This document shows, piece by piece, positions 49,496-60,177 of a stretch of DNA of 64,000 nucleotides (position 1 is the first letter of the stretch; the number at the start of each line of letters is the position of its first letter). The stretch comes from Bacilli bacterium (GTDB lineage: Bacteria; Bacillota_I; Bacilli_A; RFN20; CAG-826), in the NCBI GenBank assembly GCA_045601085.1, contig JAZRZD010000002.1:6106-70105 (forward strand), in the 5' to 3' direction. A model generated the notes under the pieces. The model saw only the letters and a program-made list of their open reading frames with translations. It did not search any database and was not told where the DNA came from. The position numbers and the translations under genes were made by a program.

Positions 49496-50371
49496 TTACT
49501 TAATTTGACTCATTACTTCACTTGCGAAGTCATCGTTTCTTTTTTCAATGCCTTCACCAACTTGGTAACGAACAAATTTAATAATGCTTGCTTTCTTTTC
49601 GTCTAAGATTTGACCAATAGTCTTAGAATCATCTAATAAGAAGTTTTGTTTTGTTAAAGTCATTTCTGCGAAGTATTTATTGATTTTTCCTTCGAGAATT
49701 TTCTTTAACATTTCTTCTGGTTTATTAACTAATTTTGGATCATTCTTAGCGGTTTGAAGTTCGACTTCATATTCGTGTTCTTTTGCATCACTTGGAACAT
49801 CATCCATAGTAATGTATTGTGGGTTGTTAGCAGCAATATGCATTGCTAAACCTTTATTAAAGTCTGCATCATCAATGCTTGTAACAACTGCAACACCGAT
49901 TTTGCCACCCATATGAATGTAAGTAGTAACGTTTTGGCCTGCTGTTGGGGCAATGATATCAAATCTTCTTAAATCAAGTTTTTCACCCATTTTAACTGTT
50001 GCGGCAGTAAATAAGTCTTGACATAAAGCCTTACCTTCATCTAAGGAGCTTGGGTTGTTCTTTAATAAGATAGTGGCAACTTGATCCACGAAATCATGGA
50101 ATGCATCACCTTTAGAAACGAAGTCTGTTTCACAGTTAACTTCAACAACTATTGTACGACCACATTCTGCACAGGTTTTTGTTAATGAGAGACCTTCAGC
50201 TGCAATTCTGTCAGCTTTTTTAGCGGCTTTTGCTAAGCCTTTTTCTCTTAACCAGTCAGTAGCTTTGTCTAAATCATTATCAGAAGCCACTAAAGCACTA
50301 CGGCAATCCATCATGCCAGCGCCTGTTCTCTCACGGAGAATTTTAATTAATTCAACTAAACTCTCAGCCAT
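49496..50371 (-). CDS. tsf: Elongation factor Ts
   Basis: LRERTGAGMMDC, EVNCETDFV. Confidence 0.97.
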   Translation of the reverse strand: MAESLVELIKILRERTGAGMMDCRSALVASDNDLDKATDWLREKGLAKAAKKADRIAAEGLSLTKTCAECGRTIVVEVNCETDFVSKGDAFHDFVDQVATILLKNNPSSLDEGKALCQDLFTAATVKMGEKLDLRRFDIIAPTAGQNVTTYIHMGGKIGVAVVTSIDDADFNKGLAMHIAANNPQYITMDDVPSDAKEHEYEVELQTAKNDPKLVNKPEEMLKKILEGKINKYFAEMTLTKQNFLLDDSKTIGQILDEKKASIIKFVRYQVGEGIEKRNDDFASEVMSQIK

Positions 50372-50373
50372 GA

Positions 50374-51432
50374 TTATTTACCTTCCTCGGTGGCTTTCTT
50401 TGCTTTTGGGGCGGCTTTCTTTGCTGGTTTTTTTGCTGGTTCATCGTTAGAAGCAGCTTTAGCTTCTTTAGCGATTGCTTTTTCTTCTTCAGCAACAGCG
50501 TGTGCTTTATCTTGTGAAGCAGCTCTTAAAGCTTGTTCTCTTTCATAAGCTTCTTGTCTAGCTTTTCTTTCTTCACGAATCTTTCTTAATTTTTCTTCGT
50601 TATCACGTTCTGTTTGTTTAATAACATCTTTCATGGTAACGCTTTCGCCTTCATCTTTTGTATAAGCAACAACGGTTTGTCCACCTTTGCTTTCAACAAT
50701 AGCATCAGCGATAACTGCTAAGATTAATGAAACACTACGAATAGCGTCATCATTTGCAGGAATAACATAGTCAATATTGTCTGGGTTGCAGTTTGTATCA
50801 ACAATAGCAAACACAGGAATATTTAATTTCTTTGCTTCATTAACTGCATTGTGTTCTGTCATTGGATCAACAATGAAGATGGCATTAGGAACTTTTCTCA
50901 TTTCCTTAATACCTGCTAAGTTTTTGATAAGCTTTTCTTTTTCTTTTCTTAATGCAGCGGCTTCAGTTTTTGGTAATAAATCAAGTTCACCTTCTTCATC
51001 TTTTCTTTCGAGTTCTTTTAAGTAACGAATACGAGATTGAATGGTCTTGAAGTTGGTTAATGTACCACCTAACCATCTGTTTGTGATATAGAAACTACCA
51101 CTTCTTAATGCTTCAGCTTCAACAGCTTCTTTGCATTGATCTTTTGTACCTACGAATAAGACCTTACCACCGTTATCAACGATTTCTTTGAGGGCCTTGT
51201 AGGACTCTGTGATTTGATTTACTGTTTGTTGTAAATCGATGATGTAAACGTTGTTTCTAGCGCCATAGATGTATTTCTTCATCTTTGGGTTCCAACGTTT
51301 TGTTTGATGACCGAAATGAGCACCTGCTTCTAAAAGCTTTCTCATTGTAATGATTGGTGCATCAGGATCATGCATAACTGTCTCCATTGTGACAGCTTCG
51401 GAATTGACTTCCTTAATTTCTTCTTCGCTCAT
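50374..51432 (-). CDS. rpsB: 30S ribosomal protein S2
   Basis: LLEAGAHFGHQT.RWNPKM, RWLGG.LTN; extended charged C-tail. Confidence 0.97.
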   Translation of the reverse strand: MSEEEIKEVNSEAVTMETVMHDPDAPIITMRKLLEAGAHFGHQTKRWNPKMKKYIYGARNNVYIIDLQQTVNQITESYKALKEIVDNGGKVLFVGTKDQCKEAVEAEALRSGSFYITNRWLGGTLTNFKTIQSRIRYLKELERKDEEGELDLLPKTEAAALRKEKEKLIKNLAGIKEMRKVPNAIFIVDPMTEHNAVNEAKKLNIPVFAIVDTNCNPDNIDYVIPANDDAIRSVSLILAVIADAIVESKGGQTVVAYTKDEGESVTMKDVIKQTERDNEEKLRKIREERKARQEAYEREQALRAASQDKAHAVAEEEKAIAKEAKAASNDEPAKKPAKKAAPKAKKATEEGK

Positions 51433-51530
51433 TTTGAGCCTCCTTTAGTTTAGCCTCCACTATTTCTAACATCGACCCCTACTATGTAGGACCTTGGCAG
51501 ATGAATCCATAGTGTGTGTATTACTGCAAT
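51433..51530 (-). promoter_or_regulatory. rpsB leader (probable S2 autoregulatory RNA)
   Basis: ACACACAC...CTATG hairpins...GTGGAGG, as known for firmicute rpsB leaders. Confidence 0.5.
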
Positions 51531-51588
51531 TGCGCAGCGTGTATATATTAACAAAGTAAAATAGTTATGGCAACTATAATAAATATTA

Positions 51589-52491
51589 TTATTTCTTTTT
51601 TGCTCTAGGATGAGAGGCAAAATATGTTTCCTTCATTGCTTTGGTAGAAACATGAGTATAAACCTGGGTAGCGTCAATTGACTCATGACCAAGGAGTTCT
51701 TGGATGGTTCTTAAATCCGCTCCTGCTTCTAATAAATGAGTGGCAAATGAGTGACGGAAAATATGTGCGTGAAGGTGATAATTTAAAGAAGCTTTTTGTT
51801 CAATGTTAGACAATATTACATCAAGACCTTCCCTTGTTAGATTTTCTCCTTTATAATTTATAAATAAATTATTAGTTAACATTTCCGCTTTAACGAGAAG
51901 GAAGTTTCTACTTTCTTTTAAATACTTTTCAATGGATGCTTTTGCATCGTTAGAAATAGGGACAACTCTTTCTTTGTTACCTTTACCAATAATTCTTAAT
52001 GAACGATTTTTAAAATCAACATCTTGAAGCTTAAGATTTACTAATTCACTTGCTCTAATGCCTGAATAATATAGGGTTTTGATGATAGCTTGATCTCTAA
52101 GCATTAAATCATCATCTCTTTGTTCATTTTTAAAGAAAATTTCCTTTATTTGATCTTTGCTTAAGGCTCCTGGGAAACGCTTTTCTAGTTTAGGGGTGTC
52201 TACATATAAAAATGGATTATCTGAAATATAACCATTATTAAACAAAAACTTATAAAACTTCTTCAAACTACATAACTTTCTAGCGCATGTTCTTTTGCTA
52301 ACACCACTTGAAAGTTCTTTAGATAAAAATTTTCTTATAACACCTGCTTCGACATAGTCGAACAAAACATTAATTTCTCCTAAATATAAGAAAAATGACT
52401 TTATATCTGACGCATAAGAATCAATTGTTCTTGGAGAATAGTTACATTCGTTTTTTAAATAATCTAAAAACTCAGCAGTTGGTTTATTCAT
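51589..52491 (-). CDS. xerC: Tyrosine recombinase XerC-like
   Basis: SGIRASEL, GKGNKER, HIFRHSFATH, LGH, TQVY; position after topA. Confidence 0.85.
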   Translation of the reverse strand: MNKPTAEFLDYLKNECNYSPRTIDSYASDIKSFFLYLGEINVLFDYVEAGVIRKFLSKELSSGVSKRTCARKLCSLKKFYKFLFNNGYISDNPFLYVDTPKLEKRFPGALSKDQIKEIFFKNEQRDDDLMLRDQAIIKTLYYSGIRASELVNLKLQDVDFKNRSLRIIGKGNKERVVPISNDAKASIEKYLKESRNFLLVKAEMLTNNLFINYKGENLTREGLDVILSNIEQKASLNYHLHAHIFRHSFATHLLEAGADLRTIQELLGHESIDATQVYTHVSTKAMKETYFASHPRAKKK

Positions 52492-52536
52492 ATAAAAAGA
52501 ATAGCATCTTTCTTACGAAAGAAAAAAGGCGAAGTA

Positions 52537-54636
52537 TTATTTTCTTCCTTTTTTACTTATTTTTTCCATATGGTTACAAGTTGGGTAATTTGTGCAACCT
52601 AAGAAATAACCATATTTCCCTTTTTTCTTCACTAAATAACCATCACAATCAGGACATTTTTTAACGTAGTCTTTTTCTGTGTAGACTTGTTCTTCGGTTT
52701 CTGTATAGCGGCAAGTTGGGAATCCAGAACATGCAATAAATGTTTTCTTACCGGATTTGTCTTTTCGATAAACAAGAGGTTTACCACATACAGGACAATT
52801 TCTACCAACTTCTTTAACATCTTCCGCTGGTTTTTCTTCTTTTTGAATATATTTACAAGTTGGGTAATTACCACAACCAATAAATGTACCGTTTTTGCCT
52901 TGTTTAACCACTAAAGGAGCACCACAAATTGGGCACTTTTCTCCAGTTTCGATAGGATTATCCTTATACATAATTTCGGCAACTTTTCCATATTGCTCCA
53001 TAAATGGGACATAGAAATCATCAAGGATTTTATTTTTTGAAGCTTTGCCATCTTGTACTTTATCTAATTCATTTTCCATATCAGCGGTATATTTAGCATT
53101 TACGATATTTGGGAAATATTTGTGTAATACATAAGCAGTTTTTTTACCTTGATCAGTAATAGAAATCTCACCTTTATTTGAAATAATGTATTCACGTTTT
53201 TTAAGTAATTCAATTGTGCTTGCGTATGTAGAAGGTCTACCAATACCAGCTTCTTGCATTAACTTAACAATCTTAGCTTCTGTATATAATCCAGGGGCTT
53301 CTGTATATTTTTGTTCGCTTTCTTTATGAGCCACCAAAAATTCGTCATTTACATTAATTTGTGGGATATTTGCAGTGTATTCGTTATCTTTTTCATTATT
53401 AATAATGTTATAACCTAGGAATATATTTCTTTTAAATTCACACTTAAATTCATTGCCATTTATATTAAATTTAACCACTAAAACTTCATCTTTTTTAGGT
53501 TTGATGAAATATGCTAATGTGTGATTATAGATTAATTTATATAAGGCATATTGGTCTGGAGTTAAAAATGGTCTAACTACTTCTGGAGTTAAGTTCACCG
53601 ATGTAGGTCTAATAGCTTCATGAGCATCTTGTGCTCTTGAATCTTTTTTAAAACTCTTACCACTAGCAAGATATTCATTACCGTATTTATTTAAGATATA
53701 TTCACTGGCGCTTTTCATAAATGAACTAGATAATCTAGTAACATCAGTACGCATATAAGTAATTAAACCTGTATGCTCACCATTAATAGAAACACCTTCA
53801 TATAACATTTGAGCAATTTTCATTGTTCTAGATGCTGAAAAACCAAGTCGTGAGAAAGCTTCTTGTTGTAAAGTAGCAGTCATTAATGGTTCAGGCGCAT
53901 TTTTAAGTCTAATTTCTGTTTTTATATCACTGACTTTTAATGTATTACCAATATGAGTTAAGACATCTTGGGCTAGTTCTTTAGTTACTAATTCATCTTT
54001 GTTTTTAGAAATATAAGAAAGTTTAACTTCCTTACCATCTACTAAAATAGCAATATCAAAGTTCCAATATTCTTGTGGAACAAAGTTATCAATTTCTTCT
54101 TGATGATCAAGAATCATTTTTAATGTAGTTGATTGAACTCTTCCTGCAGATTTAGATCTAATCTTCTTTTTCATTAAATTAGATAATTTAAACCCAACGA
54201 TACGGTCAATAATTCTTCTAGTTTCTTGAGATTGAACAATATCAAAATCAATGGTTCTAGGATTTTTAATAGCTTCTAAGATTGAATCACGAGTAATTTC
54301 ATGGAATTCTAATCTTTTATTTTTCTTTTCATCAAGTTTTAAAGCTTGAGCAATATGCCATGCAATAGCTTCCCCTTCTCTATCAGGGTCGGTCGCAAGA
54401 ATAACTTCTTCGGCTTTCTTAGCTTCTACTGCCAAACTAGACACTAGGCTCTCTTTACCTTTTATTATTACGTACGTAGGCGCATATGCGTTATCAACAT
54501 CGACTCCTAAACCACCATTTGCCTTGGTTGATAGATCTCTAATATGGCCTTTAGATGCCACTACTTTATAATCACTTCCAAGGTATTTACCGATGGTCTG
54601 ACACTTGGTTGGAGATTCAACAATTACTAACTTCAT
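52537..54636 (-). CDS. topA: DNA topoisomerase I
   Basis: LVIVESP, DPDREGE, SAGRVQS, ITYMRTD, C-terminal Zn ribbons. Confidence 0.97.
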   Translation of the reverse strand: MKLVIVESPTKCQTIGKYLGSDYKVVASKGHIRDLSTKANGGLGVDVDNAYAPTYVIIKGKESLVSSLAVEAKKAEEVILATDPDREGEAIAWHIAQALKLDEKKNKRLEFHEITRDSILEAIKNPRTIDFDIVQSQETRRIIDRIVGFKLSNLMKKKIRSKSAGRVQSTTLKMILDHQEEIDNFVPQEYWNFDIAILVDGKEVKLSYISKNKDELVTKELAQDVLTHIGNTLKVSDIKTEIRLKNAPEPLMTATLQQEAFSRLGFSASRTMKIAQMLYEGVSINGEHTGLITYMRTDVTRLSSSFMKSASEYILNKYGNEYLASGKSFKKDSRAQDAHEAIRPTSVNLTPEVVRPFLTPDQYALYKLIYNHTLAYFIKPKKDEVLVVKFNINGNEFKCEFKRNIFLGYNIINNEKDNEYTANIPQINVNDEFLVAHKESEQKYTEAPGLYTEAKIVKLMQEAGIGRPSTYASTIELLKKREYIISNKGEISITDQGKKTAYVLHKYFPNIVNAKYTADMENELDKVQDGKASKNKILDDFYVPFMEQYGKVAEIMYKDNPIETGEKCPICGAPLVVKQGKNGTFIGCGNYPTCKYIQKEEKPAEDVKEVGRNCPVCGKPLVYRKDKSGKKTFIACSGFPTCRYTETEEQVYTEKDYVKKCPDCDGYLVKKKGKYGYFLGCTNYPTCNHMEKISKKGRK

Positions 54637-54728
54637 CCGGCTACCTCAACGTAAATATAATGCTTATAAAAATGCTTGTCAAACTGCTTTCTATATTAAA
54701 TAAAAATACTATTTATTTAAGAAAATTT

Positions 54729-55520
54729 TCATAAAGTTTCACTACTCAATTGGGACAATACATCGTCTCCAGATTCCACTAAAACTCCGCCTTCTCTTAT
54801 TAATCTATTACAGGCGCAATGCGCGTCAATACTATAAGGAACAACAAGTATTTCGTGCCCATATTCAAGAGCATAATTTACTGTTATCATTGTGCCACTT
54901 CTTTCATATGCTTCAGTCACTAATGTGCCTTTTGAACATGCCGCAATTAAACGATTTCTAAATGGGAAAGAACCTACTCCACTTATGTACTTATTTGGAT
55001 ATTCACTTATCAAAAGTCCATTATTTTTTATTTCTTGATATAAAGAATAGTTCTCTTCTGGATATACTCTATCAATACCACAACCAATGATTCCAATAGT
55101 CTTTCCACTGTTATCTAAACATGTTTGATGAGCTACTGCGTCTATTCCTAAAGCAAGACCAGAAACAATAATATAATCCTTACAAACATCCTTAACAATT
55201 TCTCTTGTAATGTTACTTCCATAAGGTGTTGCTTTTCTTGAACCAACAACACTTAAACATTTTTTATTGTCATCAAGAAGAGATATGTCTCCATAATAAA
55301 AAAGCACAAATGGTGGCTTATAGATATTCTTTAGATAAGCTGGGTAATTATCATCAAGAATTGTTAGATAATTTGCTTTAAGATTTTCAGCTTGTTTTTC
55401 TTCTTCTTCAAACTCAAAAGGTTCTCTATTTAGAATGGCTTCATATATCTTATCCCATTCCCCATTAAATCTAAGTGCTAAGAATAATAGTAATTCTCTT
55501 GCCGTATAATGTTTATACAT
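54729..55520 (-). CDS. dprA: DNA processing protein DprA
   Basis: PPFVLFYYG, VVGSR, VSGLALGID, FPFRNRLIA. Confidence 0.93.
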   Translation of the reverse strand: MYKHYTARELLLFLALRFNGEWDKIYEAILNREPFEFEEEEKQAENLKANYLTILDDNYPAYLKNIYKPPFVLFYYGDISLLDDNKKCLSVVGSRKATPYGSNITREIVKDVCKDYIIVSGLALGIDAVAHQTCLDNSGKTIGIIGCGIDRVYPEENYSLYQEIKNNGLLISEYPNKYISGVGSFPFRNRLIAACSKGTLVTEAYERSGTMITVNYALEYGHEILVVPYSIDAHCACNRLIREGGVLVESGDDVLSQLSSETL

Positions 55521-55564
55521 AAAAAATCCCCCTATATATACATGGGGGAAATTTTTAAAATTTT

Positions 55565-56188
55565 CTAAAACAATTTAACTTTTTTGTATTTTGCTTGTTT
55601 TACAGGTTTATATGAAAAGCGATGCAAACCTTCAACTGGACCATATTCATCTAATGCTTCTAAATGGTCTTTAGTGCCATATCCTTTATTATTTTTAATA
55701 TTATACATAGGATATTTCTTATCTAATTCATAACATTCATGATCTCTAGATACTTTCGCTAATATGGATGCGGCAGCAATATTTTTACTTCTAGCATCTC
55801 CTTTAACTAAAGAAGTAAATGGAATCCCGAGCTTAGAAATATCCATACAATCGGTTAGAACATAATCAGGAACAACATTTAATCCTTTAATCGCTCTTAT
55901 CATTGCTTCTCTAGAGGCATTTAAGATATTCATCTCATCTATTTCTTCGACAGTACAATATGCAATTGAATAACTAATAGCGTTTTCAATAATTATTTTA
56001 TAAGCTTCTTCTCTTTGTTTTTCTGTGAGTTTTTTAGAGTCATTAATTCTTTCATCATTAAAGTCTATTGGTAAAATAACTGCGGCAGCATAAACAGGGC
56101 CTAATAATGGGCCTCTACCAGCTTCATCCACACCACAAATAAGTTTTATTTTGTCTGAATAATATTCTTTTTCAATATCTAAACTCAT
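55565..56188 (-). CDS. rnhB: Ribonuclease HII
   Basis: GVDEAGRGPL.GPV, DSKKL, AAASILAKV. Confidence 0.95.
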   Translation of the reverse strand: MSLDIEKEYYSDKIKLICGVDEAGRGPLLGPVYAAAVILPIDFNDERINDSKKLTEKQREEAYKIIIENAISYSIAYCTVEEIDEMNILNASREAMIRAIKGLNVVPDYVLTDCMDISKLGIPFTSLVKGDARSKNIAAASILAKVSRDHECYELDKKYPMYNIKNNKGYGTKDHLEALDEYGPVEGLHRFSYKPVKQAKYKKVKLF

Positions 56189-57027
56189 ATACGATCATAA
56201 CTAACTCTACCTAATAGTCCATCTTTAAGTTCTTTAAGAAGTAGAGCTTCTGCCTTTAAAAGATCAAACTCTCCATCTTTAAGAAATAGCCCTCTTCTTT
56301 TAGCGATTTGAGAAAGAGTATTTGTGTAATCAGAAATCTCATCAATTTCAAATCTATCTTTAAGAATATTAGGATAATTTTCTTTTAAAAAAGGTAGCAA
56401 AACCTCAATTAAATCAGTATTTGGTAAAATAATTTCTTTTATAGAACCAATAAGGGCAACATTAATTGCTTTAGTTCTATCAGAGTAATTCATAGGTAAA
56501 ATTCCAGGAGTATCTAAGAGCAAGAAATCATTATTAATTTTGACCCATTGTTCCCCTCTAGTGTGTCCTGGTTTATTTTCAACACTAGCAACTTTTCTTC
56601 CCACTAAACAGTTAATTAAAGAAGATTTGCCAACGTTAGGAACACCCACAATTGCCACTCTAAGTGGTTGTGGTTTCATACCTTTTGCAATGTCTTTATC
56701 ATGTTTTGCTTTTCCAAGTTTTGAAATTACAGAAGTGATAATCTTTTTAGCGTTTTTATCATTTAATGAAAGAGTTAAAACATCATCAAAATCTTTTTTA
56801 AGATGATTCACTAACTTATTTGTGACTTCTAAATCCGCTAAATCAGCTTTATTTAAAACTAAAACTCTATTCTTATTAGAAATAAGTTTCTCTAAATCAT
56901 CATTAATAGAACTTATTGGCGCTCTAGCGTCTACTAGTTCAACAACAACATCTACTAACTTAAGTTTTAAAGTAAGCTCATCAAGAGCTTTTTTCATATG
57001 TCCTGGAAACCAATGTATTTCTGCCAT
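56185..57027 (-). CDS. rbgA: Ribosome biogenesis GTPase RbgA/YlqF
   Basis: IHWFPGHM, DARAP, NKADL, G.PNVGKSS, DTPG. Confidence 0.95.
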   Translation of the reverse strand: MAEIHWFPGHMKKALDELTLKLKLVDVVVELVDARAPISSINDDLEKLISNKNRVLVLNKADLADLEVTNKLVNHLKKDFDDVLTLSLNDKNAKKIITSVISKLGKAKHDKDIAKGMKPQPLRVAIVGVPNVGKSSLINCLVGRKVASVENKPGHTRGEQWVKINNDFLLLDTPGILPMNYSDRTKAINVALIGSIKEIILPNTDLIEVLLPFLKENYPNILKDRFEIDEISDYTNTLSQIAKRRGLFLKDGEFDLLKAEALLLKELKDGLLGRVSYDRI

Positions 57028-57029
57028 AA

Positions 57030-57725
57030 TTAATGCCTCTTATAATAAACTTTTTCTTGTGGAACTAAATCAACAATAACTGGTTTACCCTCATTTTTTT
57101 CTATTCTTCCATATCCATCAATGGAAATTAAAACACCATTGATATTTTCATAATATACAGGTGTGTATGTGCTACTAGATTCATAGGAATCTTCACTGTT
57201 GTACCAGTTATCTCCCATAACAAAATATTCACCATCTTGTAAAGTTAAGTCAAAATTACGAGGTTTGGATTCAATAACAGAAAATCCCCAATCAACATAG
57301 TTATAAGTGGTAACTTCATCATCTTTTGAGGTAACAGTAAGAGTAGCAACAAATTCTCCACCTTCAGTATGTGAAGAGAGAATTATATGTTCATTAGGAA
57401 AACCATATACTCTTTTGATTTTATATGCAGCATTTTCTTTTAATGTATTTTGACCTCCTGGAGTGTAACCCCCAATATAATCATCTAAATAATAGGTAAT
57501 AACAATATCAAATCTTGCAATATGATCTTTTGTATAGTTTGTAGTGTCCATCGTGCCGTAATTAGCCTTATCATAACCACCTAACAATGTTGGGTTCATT
57601 GACTGACCATCAACAAATATAAACTTATAACAGATATTTTGGAAAATCGTTACAACGGAAAAACATAATAAGGTAACCACACCTAAACAAACTACCGCCC
57701 AAAATACATTCAATAATTTTTTCAT
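57030..57725 (-). CDS. lepB: Signal peptidase I
   Basis: VDGQSMNPTL, IKRVYG, FVMGDN. Confidence 0.85.
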   Translation of the reverse strand: MKKLLNVFWAVVCLGVVTLLCFSVVTIFQNICYKFIFVDGQSMNPTLLGGYDKANYGTMDTTNYTKDHIARFDIVITYYLDDYIGGYTPGGQNTLKENAAYKIKRVYGFPNEHIILSSHTEGGEFVATLTVTSKDDEVTTYNYVDWGFSVIESKPRNFDLTLQDGEYFVMGDNWYNSEDSYESSSTYTPVYYENINGVLISIDGYGRIEKNEGKPVIVDLVPQEKVYYKRH

Positions 57726-57815
57726 TCATTGAATAATTATAATTATTAATTTTAATATTCGCAAAGCAAAAAGAAAAAGGACCTTAAGGTCCTTCTTCTA
57801 GTTAAAACTTCGAAA

Positions 57816-58163
57816 TTATAAAACTTCTTTAATACGAGCCGCTTTACCTGAGAGTTTTCTAATGTAAGTAATTTTGTTTCTTCTTACTTTACCCCTACGA
57901 GTAACTTCGATTGAAGCAATACTTGGGGAATGAATTGGGAATGTTCTTTCGACCCCAATTGCACCACTCATCTTACGGACAGTAAAAGTTTCACTAATGC
58001 CGCCGCCTCTACGTGAAATAACAACGCCTTGGAATACTTGAATTCTTGATTTGTTGTTTTCGATAATTCTCACAGAAACTTTAACTTCATCACCTGAAGA
58101 AAATTGTGGGAGATCTTTACGTAATTGGCTGGCTGTAACTTCATTAACTAAATTTGCGTTCAT
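57816..58163 (-). CDS. rplS: 50S ribosomal protein L19
   Basis: FQGVVI, FTVRK, GVERTF, RRGKVRR. Confidence 0.97.
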   Translation of the reverse strand: MNANLVNEVTASQLRKDLPQFSSGDEVKVSVRIIENNKSRIQVFQGVVISRRGGGISETFTVRKMSGAIGVERTFPIHSPSIASIEVTRRGKVRRNKITYIRKLSGKAARIKEVL

Positions 58164-58316
58164 GACTTTACCTCCTTCAAACCTTTTCTCTTGGTGTTCA
58201 TTCTCATTTGACAGCGGAGCACCCGTAGCATGATAAATTTACATGCCCATATAGAATACAAACAAACGCTAAGTGTGTCAATAAATATTTATTTATATAG
58301 TGTTAAGCATTTTTAC

Positions 58317-58345
58317 TTGACACAATAATACAATCAATATAATAT
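58317..58345 (+). promoter_or_regulatory. rpsP operon promoter
   Basis: TTGACA-N17-TAATAT upstream of AAAGGAG RBS. Confidence 0.6.
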
Positions 58346-58371
58346 GATTTAGTCGTTAAAGGAGAAAAGTT

Positions 58372-58632
58372 ATGGCAGTTAAAATTAGATTAACAAGAAT
58401 TGGTCGTCACAATGACGCATTCTACCGTATCGTTGCAGCAGATTCTAGATTTGCTAGAGATGGCAGATATATCGAACAAATCGGTTATTATGATCCAGCT
58501 AAATCATTCGCAGACGCAACAATCGATAAGGATTTAGCAGCAAAATGGTTAAAATTAGGTGCTCAACCATCTGAAACCATTAAAGCTATGTTCAGAGCCC
58601 AAGGTATCACCGCTAAAAAGGAATCTAAATAA
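58372..58632 (+). CDS. rpsP: 30S ribosomal protein S16
   Basis: VKIRL.R.G, YRIVAADSR..RDG. Confidence 0.97.
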   Translation: MAVKIRLTRIGRHNDAFYRIVAADSRFARDGRYIEQIGYYDPAKSFADATIDKDLAAKWLKLGAQPSETIKAMFRAQGITAKKESK

Positions 58633-58892
58633 TGGATTTAGAAAAATTAATTCACTCTGTTATTGATTCTTTAGTAGATAAACCTGAGTCCTTATTTATT
58701 AGAATCGATGACAATGGCGAACACGATGTTAATATCGTAATCGCAAGTGAAGCATCCGATACCGCAAAATTAATTGGTAAACACGGCGCTGTTGCTAATG
58801 CAATTAGAGAAGTCTTGTCAGTTGCAGGCAAAAACGAAAAGAAATATTACCACATTAAATTCGACTCATTTGATACTGAAAAAGAGGATTAA
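58632..58892 (+). CDS. khpA: KH-domain RNA-binding protein
   Basis: LIGKHG..ANAIR; follows rpsP. Confidence 0.85.
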   Translation: MDLEKLIHSVIDSLVDKPESLFIRIDDNGEHDVNIVIASEASDTAKLIGKHGAVANAIREVLSVAGKNEKKYYHIKFDSFDTEKED

Positions 58893-58909
58893 TTCCTCTT
58901 TTTTGAATT

Positions 58910-59410
58910 ATGGAACAAGTACAAATTGGCTACATTATTGGATCTTTTAAAGTTGATGGAGAAGTTAAAGTAAACATCACTACAGATTTTTTTGATGAAC
59001 GTTATAAGATTAATAGCCCTATAACAGTTAAACAATACAATGAAACAAAAGAATTAATATTAGAAGATATTTATAAATCCGGCCAATTTGTAATTGCCAA
59101 ATTTAAAGAGATTAATTCTAAAGAAGAAGCAGACGCATTAAAAGGGGCAGTTCTTTTAGCAGAAAAAGATGCTTCTTTACTTAAAAAAGATGAATATTAC
59201 TTCTCAGATTTAATTGGTTGTAAGGTCATTAATCAAGAAGGAACAGAAATAGGAATAGTAAAACAAGTAGAAGAATATCCTGCACAACTCACCCTCAGAG
59301 TTAAAGGCAATTCAAAAGATATTCTTATTCCATTCGTAAAAGCTTTTATTAAGCAAGTTAACATTAAAGAAAAAACTATTAATGTTGAAACAATTGAGGG
59401 TATGATATGA
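58910..59410 (+). CDS. rimM: 16S rRNA processing protein RimM
   Basis: YYFSDLIG, LIPFV; operon position. Confidence 0.92.
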   Translation: MEQVQIGYIIGSFKVDGEVKVNITTDFFDERYKINSPITVKQYNETKELILEDIYKSGQFVIAKFKEINSKEEADALKGAVLLAEKDASLLKKDEYYFSDLIGCKVINQEGTEIGIVKQVEEYPAQLTLRVKGNSKDILIPFVKAFIKQVNIKEKTINVETIEGMI

Positions 59411-60177
59411 AGATTACAATTTTAACTTTATTTCCAGAAATGTTTGATGGGTTTTTAACTAACTCAATCATTAAAAGAGCAATCGCAAAATCCATTGTCG
59501 AAATAAAGATAGTTAACATAAGAGATTACACAAAAGATAAGAATCATAGAGTTGATAGCGCTCCTGTTGGAGGCGGCGCTGGTTTAATTATGAAATGCCA
59601 ACCAGTTATCGACGCTTTAAACGATGTAAAAACTGATTCTTCTCATACAATTTTGTTATCACCAAAAGGCGAAACATTTAAACAAGAAAAAGCAATAAAC
59701 CTTGCAAAACTCCAAGATATTGTAATTATTTGCGGTCATTACGAAGGTATTGATGAAAGAGTAAATAATTATGTAGATGAATTAATTTCTATTGGAGATT
59801 ATGTACTTACTGGGGGTGAAATTCCTTCAATGGCAATTGCTGATTCTATAATTCGTTTACTTGATGGCGCAATCGCAAATGAATCAACAGATGAAGAATC
59901 ATTTAATAACGGATTACTTGAATATCCTCAATATACAGAACCATATGATTATGATGGACATAAGGTTCCAGATATTCTATATTCAGGAAACCATGAAGCT
60001 ATTAAAAAATGGAGACAAAAAGAGTCTTTAAAAATTACAAAAGAACTTAGACCTGATTTATATAAAAATTATCCACTCACGAAAGCGGATAATAAATTAT
60101 TAGATGAACTTAACAAATCTGAAACTCCAAAGTGGGAATCAGACGCAATAGAAAAAGGTAAGAAGTTCAAACATTAA
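59407..60177 (+). CDS. trmD: tRNA (guanine-N1)-methyltransferase
   Basis: LTLFPEMF, CGHYEGIDER, SIGDYVLTGGE. Confidence 0.97.
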   Translation: MKITILTLFPEMFDGFLTNSIIKRAIAKSIVEIKIVNIRDYTKDKNHRVDSAPVGGGAGLIMKCQPVIDALNDVKTDSSHTILLSPKGETFKQEKAINLAKLQDIVIICGHYEGIDERVNNYVDELISIGDYVLTGGEIPSMAIADSIIRLLDGAIANESTDEESFNNGLLEYPQYTEPYDYDGHKVPDILYSGNHEAIKKWRQKESLKITKELRPDLYKNYPLTKADNKLLDELNKSETPKWESDAIEKGKKFKH